From Octopus sinensis (lineage: Eukaryota): a stretch of 64,000 nucleotides of DNA. How positions within the stretch are numbered: the first letter of the stretch is position 1; every line of letters starts with the position of its first letter. The stretch is from assembly GCF_006345805.1 (NCBI RefSeq), contig NC_042998.1, positions 51,212,001 through 51,276,000 on the forward strand. The letters run 5' to 3'. This document shows positions 23,871 through 36,964 of the stretch, one piece after another. A program made the translations under genes and the position numbers. The notes below the pieces were generated by a model. It had not been told where the DNA came from. It saw only the letters and a list, made by a program, of their open reading frames with translations, and did not search any database.

Positions 23871-24191
23871 TATTCAAACATCTACAAATCACTAAGGAGA
23901 CAACCATACTCAGTGATCATCATAATCATAATCATTTTAACATCTTTTTTTTACAATACTGCATGGGTCAGACAAGAGGAGGGCTGTCTTAGAAGTGTTA
24001 TAGGCACCTGGATAAATCAAGGCACTAGGCACTATAGTATTTTGATATTTTGCTTAGTTATTGCGATACCAATAAACCAGTGTAGAACTCAATGTACATA
24101 TGTTTAAGAACAAAGTGTTGGCTGATTATAAGAGTAGTAATAAGAAAGAGAGATGACAAAGGAATAAAAGATTATCTTAGGAACTTCATTA

Positions 24192-24270
24192 GCTTACAGG
24201 TGTTTCTGCTATAAGATGCAGTGAACTCATACCTGAGTGCTTGAATACCACCTTATAGCTTCACCAGAGT
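24192..24270 (-). ncRNA. Mirror hammerhead motif (left arm), partly mutated
   Basis: Minus strand: act CTGGTGA a gctataag ... cttatagc a GAAA cacctg TA agc; core A6 changed to G and one stem III mismatch. Confidence 0.55.
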
Positions 24271-24316
24271 CCCAAATATGAAGTGCAGTTTTGTAGGGAA
24301 AGAATTACATTTTGAG

Positions 24317-24395
24317 GCTCTGATGAAGCTATAAGGAGTTATTCAGGAACTCAATTATGAGCCCACTGCATCTTATAGCAGAAACAGCTGTAAGC
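24317..24395 (+). ncRNA. Type-I hammerhead motif (right arm)
   Basis: gct CTGATGA(24320-24326) a gctataag ... cttatagc a GAAA(24381-24384) cagctg TA agc; palindromic stem III acagctgt, GTA triplet; A-A opposition at the base of stem II. Confidence 0.7.
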
Positions 24396-24571
24396 TAATG
24401 AAGTTCATAAGATAATCTTCTATTCTTTTGTCATCTCTTTTCTTATTACCGCTCTGTACTTGTCTAGCACTTTGTTCTGAAATATACATATATTGAGTTC
24501 TTCACTGGGTTATTGGTCTCACAATGCCTAAGTGAAATGTTAAAATACTATAGAGCCTAGTACATTGATTT

Positions 24572-24895
24572 CACTCATGGCAGCATCCTTGTAAGCTGTT
24601 TGAAGCATGACAACTGTTTCATCTACCATTTTCCCCAGCAGAAAACAGAATTTCACAGAAGCACACTGTTTGTTTTGTTTCAGCCATCACAAAAATTGAC
24701 AAACAGAGGAGAGGGACTATAAAGCAAAGACACACCACATGGCAGTATGACTTCATTCGATGATGCTGGTTGGCAGACTGATGCCTGAGGGTTGCATCAA
24801 GTGACTTCTAGCAGCAGAAGCCTGAACTGCAACAGGCTTGTCCCACAGAGAACATTTCCAGTTACTTTTGGTTACCCCTTGTATACACACATATA
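24572..24895 (-). mobile_element. Mariner 5' fragment (TIR and transposase N-terminus)
   Basis: Minus strand begins ta|caaggggtaaccaaaagtaactggaa and later encodes CASVKFCFLLGKMVDETVVMLQTAYKDAAMS, the mariner N-terminal HTH; ends at the fold-back above. Confidence 0.65.
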
Positions 24896-25090
24896 TAATA
24901 TATACACACATATATAATGCACACACACATACACACACACATATATATACATAATCACCAAACATACATACATGCATAAATGCATATATACACACATGCA
25001 CATACATTCATACATACATAGACACAAACTCTCATGTACATATATAGATACATATACATATATATGGATATATGTATGTGTATATATATA

Positions 25091-25135
<45 letters not shown>

Positions 25136-25178
25136 CATATATATATATACATATATATATATACATATATATATATAC

Positions 25179-25245
<67 letters not shown>

Positions 25246-25454
25246 CAAGTTGCAGGTATGGCTATGTGGTTAAGAAGTTTGCATTACGACTACATGGCTT
25301 CAGGTTCAATCCAACGGTGTAGTAGTTTGGGCATGTCATACTATAATTCCAGGCCAACCGAAGATTTGTAAGTGGATACACAGACAGAGGCTGAAAGAAA
25401 CTTAAGTTTATGAGTGTGTATATAAAACAAAAATAATGATCTTCATGCTAATGT

Positions 25455-25491
<37 letters not shown>

Positions 25492-28400
25492 ATAAAAAGT
25501 CAGGAGGTTAAATATATTCATATTTAACTACTTTTTATCCATAGGATTACAGCTGTATCACAGTCTCCATCATGTAATAATAATTTTAGTGTATAATAAA
25601 TTATGTTAATTGTCTCCACTAATATGCATGCTGTGCATTGTAACATGCAATTGTACATTTACAAATCAATGCAGATAAAGAAGGCTAGCTCTTCAGCCCA
25701 CCAGAGCATCATGGTTACACCAATGCTTAGAAGACAAAATTAGCTTGGTATGTCGACAATAAAAAGAAATGCAAATAATAAGTATATTTTGTATCATATG
25801 AATTAAGTTTAAGGAATTGACCAGCTTTAATGTTGACAAAAGACAAGGAATGGATGGTCAAGGAAATAACTAAGAAATTTTAGAAAGCATTTAAAAATAC
25901 ATAGAAAAATATAATGAAGATATAATAAAATGTAATATAAATAAATTCAATAGAGAACAAACAGCAGGATATATAAAGTTTAAACAAAGAGATAGTATTG
26001 AGAAACAGTAATTTTCAAGTAGGATTTAAAAAGTCAAAAGAATTCAATATATTTTCTGTTTCAATAAACTATAGTGAAAATAGAACAATAGTTGCACCTG
26101 CACACACAAACATATGTATGTATAAATATATGTATATATATCATTATCATCATCATCATCATCATCGTTTAACGTCCGCTTCCCATGCTGGCATGGGTTG
26201 GACGGTTTGACTGAGGACTGGCGAGCCAGATGGCTGCACCGGGCTCCAATCTGATCTGGCTGAGTTTCTACAGCTGGACAACCTTTCTAATGCCAACCAC
26301 TCCGAGAGTGTAGTGGGTGCTTTTACGTGCCACTAGCACGAGGGTCAGTCAGGCATTACTGGCAAAGGCCACATTCAAATGGTGTATTTTACGTGCCACC
26401 TGCACAGGAGTCAGTCCAGCGGCACTGGCAATGACCTCACTCAAATGTTGTTTTTCATGTGTCAGTAAGGTGACGCTGGTAACGATCAAGCTTGAATGGT
26501 ACTTTTACATGCCACCAGCACAGGAGCCAGTCAGCAGCCCTGGCAACAATCACGCTCAGATGGTGCTCTTAGCGCTCCACTGGCACAGATACCAGTCATG
26601 CGACACTGTCATGAAATATGATTTCGATTTCACTTGCCTCAACAGGTCTTTGCAAACAGAGTTTAGTATCCAATGAAGGAAAGGTACACATAAGTGGGCT
26701 GGTTACACAAACTGATATTTCTCTTAAGTGTAAGCTTAGATATAGTTAGCATATAAGAACTGTTTATATTAAAGGTGCTAGCATCAGTGAGAAATACATA
26801 GCTTTGCAGATAGCAGAATGTTTTAATATGGTCTAATACATTATCTATCACTAAGGTGAAAATAAATTATGGTTTACAAGGTAGGGAATTATTCAATTGT
26901 ATTTATCTAGGTAGTAGAATGTCTGGATATGGTTTAATACATTATCAATTAGTAAAGTAAGACCAAATTATTGTTAACCAAGGTAGGAAATTAGTTAGCA
27001 TACAAGAACAATTTACATTTAGGTGCTGGCATTAATGGGTAATAAAGTATTCTTACAGATAGCAGAATGTCTGCTGTTTGTAAGAATATATATATAGCAA
27101 AGAACTTTATGAATATTTGGAAAACTGTAAGTTGAAGACATATGAAGAAGTATTCAGAAAAGCAGACTGTAAGAATTATAGTACAAAGAAATCACTTTAG
27201 AAATATGGAGACACCTTAATCAATGGCTCTTCCACCTGGGTATTATAGAGTTGAGAGAATCATAACTGCGACATTTGAAATAGGGTCTAAAAGCATATAA
27301 TATAACTATATAGCCATTCTGGCGATGGTACTTCATACCATCATTGTCAAATTTAGAGAAAAGGAACAGGAATTGGATTGATTATAACCACTACAGAACA
27401 GGGTAAAATCTTTTTTGAAGCAGAGTGGATGAAATTTCTCCTATTGGTTATTGGAAAGTGGATTCCTGAAGGTTTTTTTTTTATTGGAAAGTAGATTCCT
27501 GAACGTTTTTGTGTGGCTTTGTCAGTAATAATTGGTAATTTCAACATGAAGATGAGAAAAATTATTGATATCGATGACAAGAAGATTGATAAATTATGTC
27601 AAATCTATGAATCAATATTTAAGCCTGTATTAGAGAATTGCAATGTGCATGGTAAGGCATTTTTGCAAACATTTGCTGGATTTCAAACCAATTTTTCATG
27701 AAATAATTTGGAAGTTTCGAAACACCAAAGCAGGTGAGAAAAGATATCATTCTGTAATATGACTGTTTTGCATAGGTTTTTGGTCCTTGTCATGTAACTT
27801 GCACCTGACATGCAATCTTGTGCATGATGCAAATATTAAAAACTAAAAGATGAAACAATATTTACATTCCTCTACATTCCTTACCGATTTTTTTTCCAGT
27901 TCAGTCATGAATGATACTGTCTTAAATAAACAAAACAATTTTTTAAAAAAACCACCCTACCTCAAAATAACCCCACAAAAAACACACACTCTCTGATCTA
28001 TTTTTAAATACATTACATGATAACTCAGTTGCAGGAAGTGACAGCAAAAAAGATACTGTGTGCCATAAGAATTGACAAATCAAAATAAAATATAGTTGTG
28101 CTCTGACAAAGTAAATTTCTGTCTTGTGATTTGGGGTGCAAATTTCATAGTGTGTAATTCTAAGGTCCAGTCTTGGTGCATTGGTTTTACTTGATAATCC
28201 TTCTAAGGGTACACATGTCAGTGGAATATGCAAGGTCTTCCAGCACTAATTTTATCTCAGACAATTTCACAGCATCATGTTTTCTATGGGGTATATGCAT
28301 TTAGTATGATACATAGATGGTGATTTTAATTTAATGACATTTCAGTCATATACACCTACATGTATCATCATTATCATTTGTATATAGATTCATGTTTGTG

Positions 28401-28587
28401 TAAACTTAGGTTGCAGACATCCAGACATGTCAAATTCACCTATTTCCTTGTTGATGGTTAAAATGATGAGCAGCATTAATTGATCTTCACCCTTATTGGT
28501 GTCTCATCAGAGGTGTCTACATCATTTAACAGATCTCAGATAGCAATCGAGTCAATGGGAGCATTCAATGTCACTACACCCCAAAAA

Positions 28588-29130
28588 TGTGCATCAAGTG
28601 AAGTCCAATATCAAGACGATGCTGATTTGTTGCGAAAGGAGTTGGCCTCGCAGAATTTGTTCCTCCAGGTCAAACTGCTAACCAGATATTCTACTTGGTA
28701 GTTCTGAAGCATTTGTGAGATGCAGTGAGATGGAAATGCCCTGACCTGTGACAAAGAGGAGAGTGGCGGTTTTATCACGACAATGCGCCTGTGCAAACTG
28801 CGTTGAGTGTGAGACAAAAATGGCATGACCTCACTTACCCACCCTCCCTATTCGCTCAATATTGCTCCCTGCAACTTTTTTCTGTTCCCCCAAATGAAAA
28901 AAGTCCTTACAGGAAAACGTTTTGCTGATGTGGAAGATGTGAAGAAAAAAAAACGATACAGGTGCTAAAAGGTATCGCTTTGCAAGGGTTCTAGGACTGC
29001 TTTGAACAGTGGAAAATGCATCTGGACCGATACATTACTTCAAATGAAGAATACTTTGAAGTCGATAAAAGTGTAAACATGTAAAACTAAAATTCTAAAA
29101 TTCTGGTTTTTGGAGGGTACTCCCTTGTAT
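28588..29130 (+). mobile_element. Mariner transposase C-terminal fragment and 3' TIR
   Basis: Translations EFVPPGQTANQIFY, WRFYHDNAPVQTA, HPPYSLNIAPCNFFLFPQMKK (YSPDLAP motif), CFEQWKMHLDRYITSNEEYFE; ends gagggtactcccttgta|ta. Confidence 0.85.
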
Positions 29131-29553
29131 ATATATTATAGGCAAGGCTGTGTGGCAAGCTTCTTGCCACACAGCCTCACCTTGATAAGGCGGAGAGCTG
29201 GCAGAAACATTAGCATGCCAGGTGAAATGCTTAGCGGTATTTCATCTGCCAGTACGTTCTGAGTTCAAATTCCCCCCAGGTCGACTTTGCTTTTCATCCT
29301 TTCAGGGTAGATTAAATAAATACCAGTTATGCACTGGGGTCAATATAATCGACTTAATCCATTTGTCTGTCCTTGTTTGTCCCCTCTGTGTTTAGCCCCT
29401 TGTGGGCAATAAAGAAATAAGAAGCTTGCTTACCAGCCACATGATTCAGGTTTCAGTCCCACTGTGTGACATCTTGGACAAGTGTCTTCTACTATAGCCT
29501 CAGGCCAACCAAAGCCTTGTGAGTGGATTTGGCAAACGGAAATTGAAAGAAGC

Positions 29554-29608
<55 letters not shown>

Positions 29609-31109
29609 GTATGTATGCTTATGTGTCTGTGTTTATCCCCACCACCACCACCACCACCATTGCTTGACAACTGATGTTGATGTGTTTATATCCCTGTAAC
29701 TTAATGGTTTGGCAAAAGAGACCAATAGAATAAGTACTAGGCCTACAAAGAATAAGTGCTACAGTCGATTTGTTCAACTAAAGGTGGTGCTCCAGCATGG
29801 CTGCAATCAAATGACTGAAACAAGTAAAAGAGTATACACACACATAATATATACATATATAAACATATATTGATAAATATATACATTTGTATACCCATAT
29901 ACAGAACGGTACAGATATGGAAACCAACAGATTAATCTTCAGAACACTACATGGTGGTTGGAAACATCATCTCTACGAAAAAGAGTAAGCTGACTCTATA
30001 TGTATCCACAGGCAAATAGATGTACTCAGCATGTTGGCATTTATGATTTACTTCAAGGAAGCAATGGGCATAGAAAAATACAAATTCAGAATAAAAGGCA
30101 GTATATAAAGTAAAGTAAAAAAAAAATTAAAAAATAAAATAAATAAAAAAGAATGCCAAATAATCAGAAAAAATATAAAAGCAAATACTAAAGAAAAAAT
30201 AATAATAAAATAAATTTTTCAAAGAATTCGGAGAAAAAAAAACAGTATCTAAAAGTAAAGTAAAAAAAAATGTTAAATCAAAATAAAAAAAAAGAATGCC
30301 AAATAATCTGAAAAATATGAACGTAAATACTAAAAAAAACAAACAATGAAATAAATTATTTGCCATAGAAATAAGACATGGGTGCTAAAATGGAACAAAT
30401 TTCTAAAGAGAGATAGGTTGATCAGTCAAATATTTATTCAAGTGATTACTAAAATAAATAAATAAATAATCCTTTCTACTAAAGGCACAAGGCCTGAAAT
30501 CTCAGATGGGGGTGGGAACTAATTGATTCACTGGTACTTAATTTATTGATTGGAAAAGGATGCAAGGCAAAGTCGACCCCGGTGGAATCTGAACTCAGAA
30601 AATAAAGACAGATGAAATGCTGCTAAGCATTTTACCTGGCATGCTAACGATTTTTGCCAGCTTGCCACCTTAAATGAATGTTCCTCCTTGAGCCGTGCCT
30701 GGCTCATAATGGCTGGTTTCCTGGCTTCCTTGGCGTATGGGTTTCCCACCTGGACAGGACGCCAGTCCATCACAGGTGAGCTGCAAGATGCAGGAGGAAA
30801 GAGTAAGAGAAAGCTGTGGCGAAAGAGTCAGCAGAAGATTGCCATTACCTTCTAACAGAGTTGCGTGGAGCTTAGGTGTTTCACTCATAAACACACACAT
30901 CGCCCGGTCTGAGATTCGAAACCGCGATCCCTCGACCACGAGTCCGCTGCTCTAACCACTAGGCCATGTGCTTCCACACCTTAAATGAATAAATAATGAA
31001 AAGACATATGGTCAGTAGGGAAGATGAGGATATAAAGGGTGAACAAAATAAGGTTTAAAAGAAAGATCAGAGACAGAAAGGCTTGCAGGAGTTGCTTCAT
31101 CACCTTGTC

Positions 31110-31215
31110 CCACATCTTCCTGGGTCTACCTCTTCCACAGGTTCCCTCTGCACATAGCTGTCCTCATCCATATGCATCACATGACCATACCAGCGCAGTT
31201 GTCTCTCTTGCACAC
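31110..31215 (-). mobile_element. Short RTE-P coding fragment
   Basis: Matches 6710-6850 (accttgtcccacatcttcctgggtctacctcttccacaggttccctc...accataccagcgcag). Confidence 0.7.
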
Positions 31216-31909
31216 CATAGCTGATTGATAACATATCAATGCCCATATATTATAAAAACACTGCTATCCCTTAAACTAAATCAGCTTGCAAATACACATT
31301 CACTTCACTAAATTTATATTCAGGCTAAGCCCAAACAGCCCAAGTGCTGGAGTTGCCACTGAGTTGAGAATAACAATCTTGGTTATTATTTCAGGCTGGT
31401 AATTTATTTTATTGTCTAATATTATAGCAATTGGCTAAGTTAGCATCTGAGCTAACAATGATTTTGATTCAACCAATGTTGTCTCAAACATATAAACAAG
31501 TCTTAAATAATTTTCAATATTTTAAATAATACTTAATATTCTGGATTCAAATGCTGCTGAAGTCAACTTTGCCTTTCATCCTTTCAGGGTCACTAAAATA
31601 AGTACCAGTTGAATCCTGGGGTTGATCCAATTGACTTAACCCCCTCCCCAAAATTGCTGGCCTTGTGCCAAAATTTGAAACTAATATTTTAAATAATACC
31701 ACAGTGTCACATACTCGCATTCATATACTTCAGTTTTAGGTAAATGCTGGCATTAGAACTGGCAACAAGGTATAGAACCCTTGCCAAAACAGGCATTGGT
31801 GCTCAATGCAGTCCTTCAACTTGCTAGATCCTGCCATACTATCTAACCCATGCCAGCATGGAAGATGGAAGTTAAATGATAATGATGATGATGATGACGA
31901 TGATGATGG

Positions 31910-31941
<32 letters not shown>

Positions 31942-32039
31942 GTGGTGGCTGTGGTGGTGGTGGTGGCAATGACAATGATAACGATGATAATAATAACAAA
32001 GATGATGATGATAAAATGGTGATGATGACATTGACGACA

Positions 32040-32081
<42 letters not shown>

Positions 32082-32199
32082 GTGATGGTGATGATGATGA
32101 TGATGATGAAAACCAGGAGAATAAAATTAAATGTAATTCAAAAAGTTTCTCTTAACTTTAATGACTTTTGTTACTAAATTCATGACGATAGTTTATTGT

Positions 32200-33370
32200 G
32201 TACAAGAGGGATATACTGTGTATGTTTTAATGCTATGCAAGCAGCACTCTTGTTATCTGTTTCTCATCTCCATTTTTATATTATTAAAGAACTGAGAACA
32301 ATATGATACATGAATACTTTGATGAGGAAGTGGTCAGGAGTGCTTTTACAAGAATTTTAAAGAGCCTCAAAATTTTCAGAAATGCAATTCTACTCTCAAG
32401 ATGTCCACAGCCAGAATACTTATTCAACTTCACTTCATATTCAATTTATCGCAAATCATCTCTAAGGGTAATGAAATTTTGCTTCCAAATAGGATTTGGA
32501 AGTCGACTAAATGCATTTCTAAATCTCTTAAATCCAACCACTCAAAAGCACCTAATTTAAGAACTGTGAAAGCTGATTCATCAGGATATTGTATAAATTA
32601 TAAATTGTATTGCTTCCTTTAACTCTAAAGCTGCACAAATCTAGAAGAAAACTGTTTGGTCATGACCCTTACAATATTTATAAACTGTTTTGTATATTGT
32701 TTCTTATTCTTACAACTGGTTTCTTCAAAAATTTCTTCATCTTTGGAAAGACCTCCCAGCTTCTTTTTTCTAAATCACTTTCAAGTATATCAAGTTTATT
32801 TTCAAAACTCTTGATCAAACAAAACACTGCAACAGTGAATTTCTTTGAAGTAATATTAAGTTCATGCAGAAGATATGAAAACTCTGTGGAAACCATAAGT
32901 TTTCTGAGCCAAACAAAATCATTTAGTCGAGAAAAATCAAACCCTATGATTCTCATATCTAAAAACAGACTCAAACCCTTTAGTCATGACCCTTACAGTA
33001 TCTATGAACTATTTTATATTTTGTTTCTTATTCTTACAACTGGTTTCTTCAGAAAATTTCTTCCTCTTTGGAAACACTTCCCAGGGGTCTTTTTTTTTTT
33101 TTCTAAATCACTTTCAAATATGCCAGGCTTATTCTCAAAACTGTTGATCAAATAAAACACTATAACAATAAATTTCTTTGAAGTAATATTAAGTTCATTC
33201 AGATAATATGAAAAAATCTGTGGAAACCATAAGTGTACTGAGCCAAACAAAATCATTTAGTTGAGAAAAAACAAACCCTATGATTCTCATATCTAAAACC
33301 AGTCTCAACTCGCCTAAACATCCAACAAACTGACCAAATCTATGACTACTCAACCACTTGTAAATACCAG
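32200..33370 (-). mobile_element. hAT (Charlie/GTF2IRD2-like) transposase remnant with ~325-bp internal tandem duplication
   Basis: Minus strand: KWLSSHRFGQFVGCLGELRLVL (RWLS motif), DFVWLRKLMVSTEFSYLLHELN...IKSFENKLDILESDLE...FPKMK, VFWLW, STYSCIILFS. Duplicated units ~32655-32978 and ~32979-33310. Confidence 0.75.
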
Positions 33371-33454
33371 AATTGATCAACCTATATTTAGGGTGACTAG
33401 AAGAGATAATAATTGTTCAAACTATTAACCTCATCTTGAGACCCAAACCATATT

Positions 33455-33670
33455 TAACCCTTTAACGTTCAGACAACTATGTCCAATGTAAAGTACTTTT
33501 CTTCTCATTCTTTTGAATTAATCATGCATTTTCTCCTAACTTTAAGCTTTCAAAGATGTGATTCTTTATTTTTAGAATGATACTATCGGATAGGTATGAA
33601 AGGTTGGATCAAGTCTGTTTGAACACAAAACATAGAATATTTGAGCCTGATATAATTAAGGAGCATGATA
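33455..33670. mobile_element. TTAA-CCC-type (piggyBac-like) MITE remnant
   Basis: Starts ttaaccctttaacgttcag; right end degenerate. A related ttaacccttctgttacc start at ~42315 has a duplicated internal segment (42350-42620). Confidence 0.45.
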
Positions 33671-34768
33671 TTTGTATTTTAACAAGGCTACCAATGAGTT
33701 CATATAAAAAGAAATTTCTCAACAGTTACCAAGCCTGCCACATGGAAAAGTTGGTACTCATCTCCATTTTGGAAATACATATGTTGCTGATAGTATTAGA
33801 TAAAAATTCATAAATATTCAGTTTTTAGATTTCTTCTTAGAGTACTATACCAATAAATGGCAATCTCATCAGTATTGTAAACCAAGTTTTCATCAGAAAA
33901 TAATTTGATTGCCATGTCAACATAGAGCTGCTTCCTTGTCTTATATGTATGTATGCATATAAGAACATACAACATCATCATTGTTTAATGTCCGCTTTCC
34001 ATGCTGGCATGGGTTGGATGGTTTGACTGAGGACTGGTGAGCCAGAAGGCTGCAGCAGGCTCAATCTGATCTGGCAAAGTTTCTACAGTTGGACACCCTT
34101 CCAACTGCAGTTACCATGAAGAAAATATTTTTTCTTATGGTAAAAGGTAAAAGATGTAATTTTTACACCAATGTCACCCTCTCTCAGATTCCCAGATGCA
34201 GCATTTCTGGCTCTTTAGCCTTCCTCAATGGGAAATACCAAAGTAAGGTAACTCTGGGCAGATTTAAGGTCATAGCTTTAACTAAAAAACAGTCAACAAC
34301 ATTAACTGAGTTGCACTATTGGACCACCTAGTTGGGATAAATTCAACAATATCAGCACCAATCAGTGATTGGGTATAAGCGAACTTTAATTTCATTAAAA
34401 TATGTTTGTGACATATTTCAACATTTCAATGCAAATTTACTGTAGATATCATGGAGGAAAAAATTCTCACTTATGGTAAAAGGTGTAAAAACACTATCTC
34501 TGCTCAGCTTCCTAGGTGCAGCGTTCACTTCAATATTTCCCATTGAGGAAGGCTAAAAAATACATACTAAAGGTATGTGTTTTATTTGTTCCTCATTTCA
34601 CTGTGGTGTACCACCTGGGGGATGACTCCCTCATTACACTGAGTGTTAAAACACCTGATGGTCATAGAAAGATAAGACAACTTGCCTCTGATACCATTCA
34701 GGAGTGATGGAAACTGATATTTCGCCACTTTTATGGCAAATAACTATATTGATACACACACACATTTA

Positions 34769-34851
<83 letters not shown>

Positions 34852-34905
34852 CATACATATATACATACATATATACATATACAAATATATACATATATAT
34901 ATACA

Positions 34906-34982
<77 letters not shown>

Positions 34983-34983
<1 letters not shown>

Positions 34984-35210
34984 CGGGAAGCTTTATGAAA
35001 ATAAACAAAAGACGAAGGCAGGTGGAAAACAAACGAACAATTGTATTAGTATGGCGCTCAGGAAATATAAATAAAACAAGTCTTTAACGTTTCGAGCCTA
35101 CGCTCTTCAACAGAAAGATACACAGAGAGAGAAAAACACAGAAAGAAGGAGAGAAAAAAAATGCGTGCAGTAGCTAACGAATCAACATGGCGATCTGATT
35201 TCGGCCAGAG
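34983..35210 (-). mobile_element. Penelope-type terminal repeat abutting (TA)n
   Basis: Minus strand: ...ctttctgttgaagagcgtaggctcgaaacgttaaagac...tttcctgagcgccatactaatac...aagcttcccgtta(TA)n; upstream 35300-35610 holds ~3 degenerate ~110-125-bp repeats. Confidence 0.7.
35082..35117 (-). ncRNA. Minimal hammerhead motif (one core substitution)
   Basis: cttt CTGTTGA a gagc gtag gctc GAAA cg TT aaag; stems I and II perfect, palindromic aacgtt stem III, core A6 changed to U. Confidence 0.55.
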
Positions 35211-35351
35211 GTCAAAGATCAAACATGAGACGCGAGAGCGAAATAAGGGGAGATAATAGGGTTGATAAACGGGTTGAGGGACCAGCTAAAAGTGCGTGGG
35301 AGGGGTCTGGATGTGTGTATGTATAGGGTTGGTGTATGTATTAGTATGTAT

Positions 35352-35386
<35 letters not shown>

Positions 35387-36300
35387 AGAGAGTATTAGTG
35401 CGTAAGATTGGTCTGGACGTGCGTATGTATGGGGTTGGTGTATGTATTAGTATGTATTAGTATGTATTAGTACGTATTGGTATGTATAGGTATGTGTGTG
35501 TGTGTGTGAGAGAGTATAAGTGCGTATGCGGGGTCTGGACGTGTGTATGTATAGGGTTTGTGTAAGTATTAGTATGTACTAGTATGTATTAGTACGTATT
35601 AGTATGTATTAGTTGGTGTGTGTATTAGTATGGCACATCATATGTGATGTGATGTGTAAAGTCATGTGGTGTAGTGAGGAGAAGAGGGGGAGAAGAGGGG
35701 GGGGGAGAAGAGGGGGAGAAGAGGGGGAGGAGAAGAGGGGGAGAAGAGGGGGAGAAGAGGGGGAGAAGAGGGGGAGAAGAGGGGGAGGAGAAGGGGGAAG
35801 AGGAGAGGAGGGGGAGAAGGAAGGGGAGGAGGGGGATGAAGGAGGAAAGAGGGAGAGGGGGAGAGAGGGAGTGAGGGAGCAGAGGGAAGGGGAAGAGGGA
35901 GGGAGAAAGAGGGAAGAAGGGAAGGGGAGTAGGGGTGAAAGGATGAAGGACTGAAGTAGGGGTCGGGGGGAGATACATATATACAAAGATATATATACAC
36001 GTATGTATACATATATATACATATATATATACATATATATATAAATATATATACATACATATATATATACATATATATATATACATATATATACATACAT
36101 ATATATAAATATATATATACATATATATACATGTATATATTCATATATATACATATATATATATATATACATACATATATACATACATATACATATACAT
36201 ACATACATATACATACATACACATACATACAAATACATACATACACATACATACAAATACATACATACAAACATATATATATATATAATATATATATATT

Positions 36301-36418
36301 TTATAGAAGGAGCTTCTACAGGACTAGAACTGTTTCATTCAAAAGAAATCATCAGAAAGTTTCCTGATGATTTCTTTTGAATGAAACAGTTCTAGTCCTG
36401 TAGAAGCTCCTTCTATAA
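36301..36418. repeat. Perfect palindrome with 55-bp arms containing HHR-like cores
   Basis: 36301-36355 is the exact reverse complement of 36364-36418; spacer aaagtttc; right arm starts CTGATGA tttc tttt gaat GAAA cagtt. Confidence 0.9.
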
Positions 36419-36516
36419 AATAAATTAATTTACTCTGCTATGTATTGAGTACCTTATTTACTGTGGTTAACCCCGGCTCAACCCGGGACCTACATATATA
36501 TATATATATATATATA

Positions 36517-36918
36517 TACTTCCACACACGCCAGCTTAATTTAATTCATCCTTAGTCAAAAGACACCTGTTGTTTGCATTTGTACTTGTGTGTAACATTT
36601 CTCCATTTTTATCCATCCTTGTTTTGTATACATTTGCTGCTCTCTTCCAAGGAATCTAGTGCTCTTAGCTTAGCTTTTCCTTGGGGCTGGCCAGATTGGA
36701 GCAGTCTCAAGTATAACTAGCCAAAACTGCAAAGATGATATGGAACTCAACTGAGGAAAGAAAACTCCTAATGACTTGGCCTTTTTTTTCCATTTCTCTT
36801 TTTGTATCATCTAACTGTCTGGATGTTTTGTTGTCATCTATTGCGTTCTTGTCCCATTTTTTCTATTCTTTTTTATATATATATAGCAGCGTACGTACAC
36901 TTTGCTCTTATATGTAAG

Positions 36919-36964
<46 letters not shown>

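Larger units (their letters stand above)
24014..24571. mobile_element. ~560-bp fold-back of two inverted Penelope-type termini
   Basis: Arms ~24014-24272 and ~24315-24571 are reverse complements at roughly 75-80% identity (e.g. gattatcttaggaacttcattagc / gctaatgaagttcataagataatc); spacer ~45 bp. Confidence 0.85.

Noticed and set aside
26770-27075. ~100-bp degenerate tandem repeats; also a ~145-bp A-rich duplication at 30105-30350
   Set aside because: Ordinary old local duplications with no further structure seen.
28470-28515. ctgatga-gacacc...ggtg motif; also ctgatga hits near 32580 and 33870-33900
   Set aside because: No GAAA follows the stem.
24572-29130. Single mariner element spanning the 5' fragment at 24.6-24.9 kb and the 3' fragment at 28.6-29.1 kb
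   Set aside because: The fragments are on opposite strands and their TIRs differ; treated as independent remnants.
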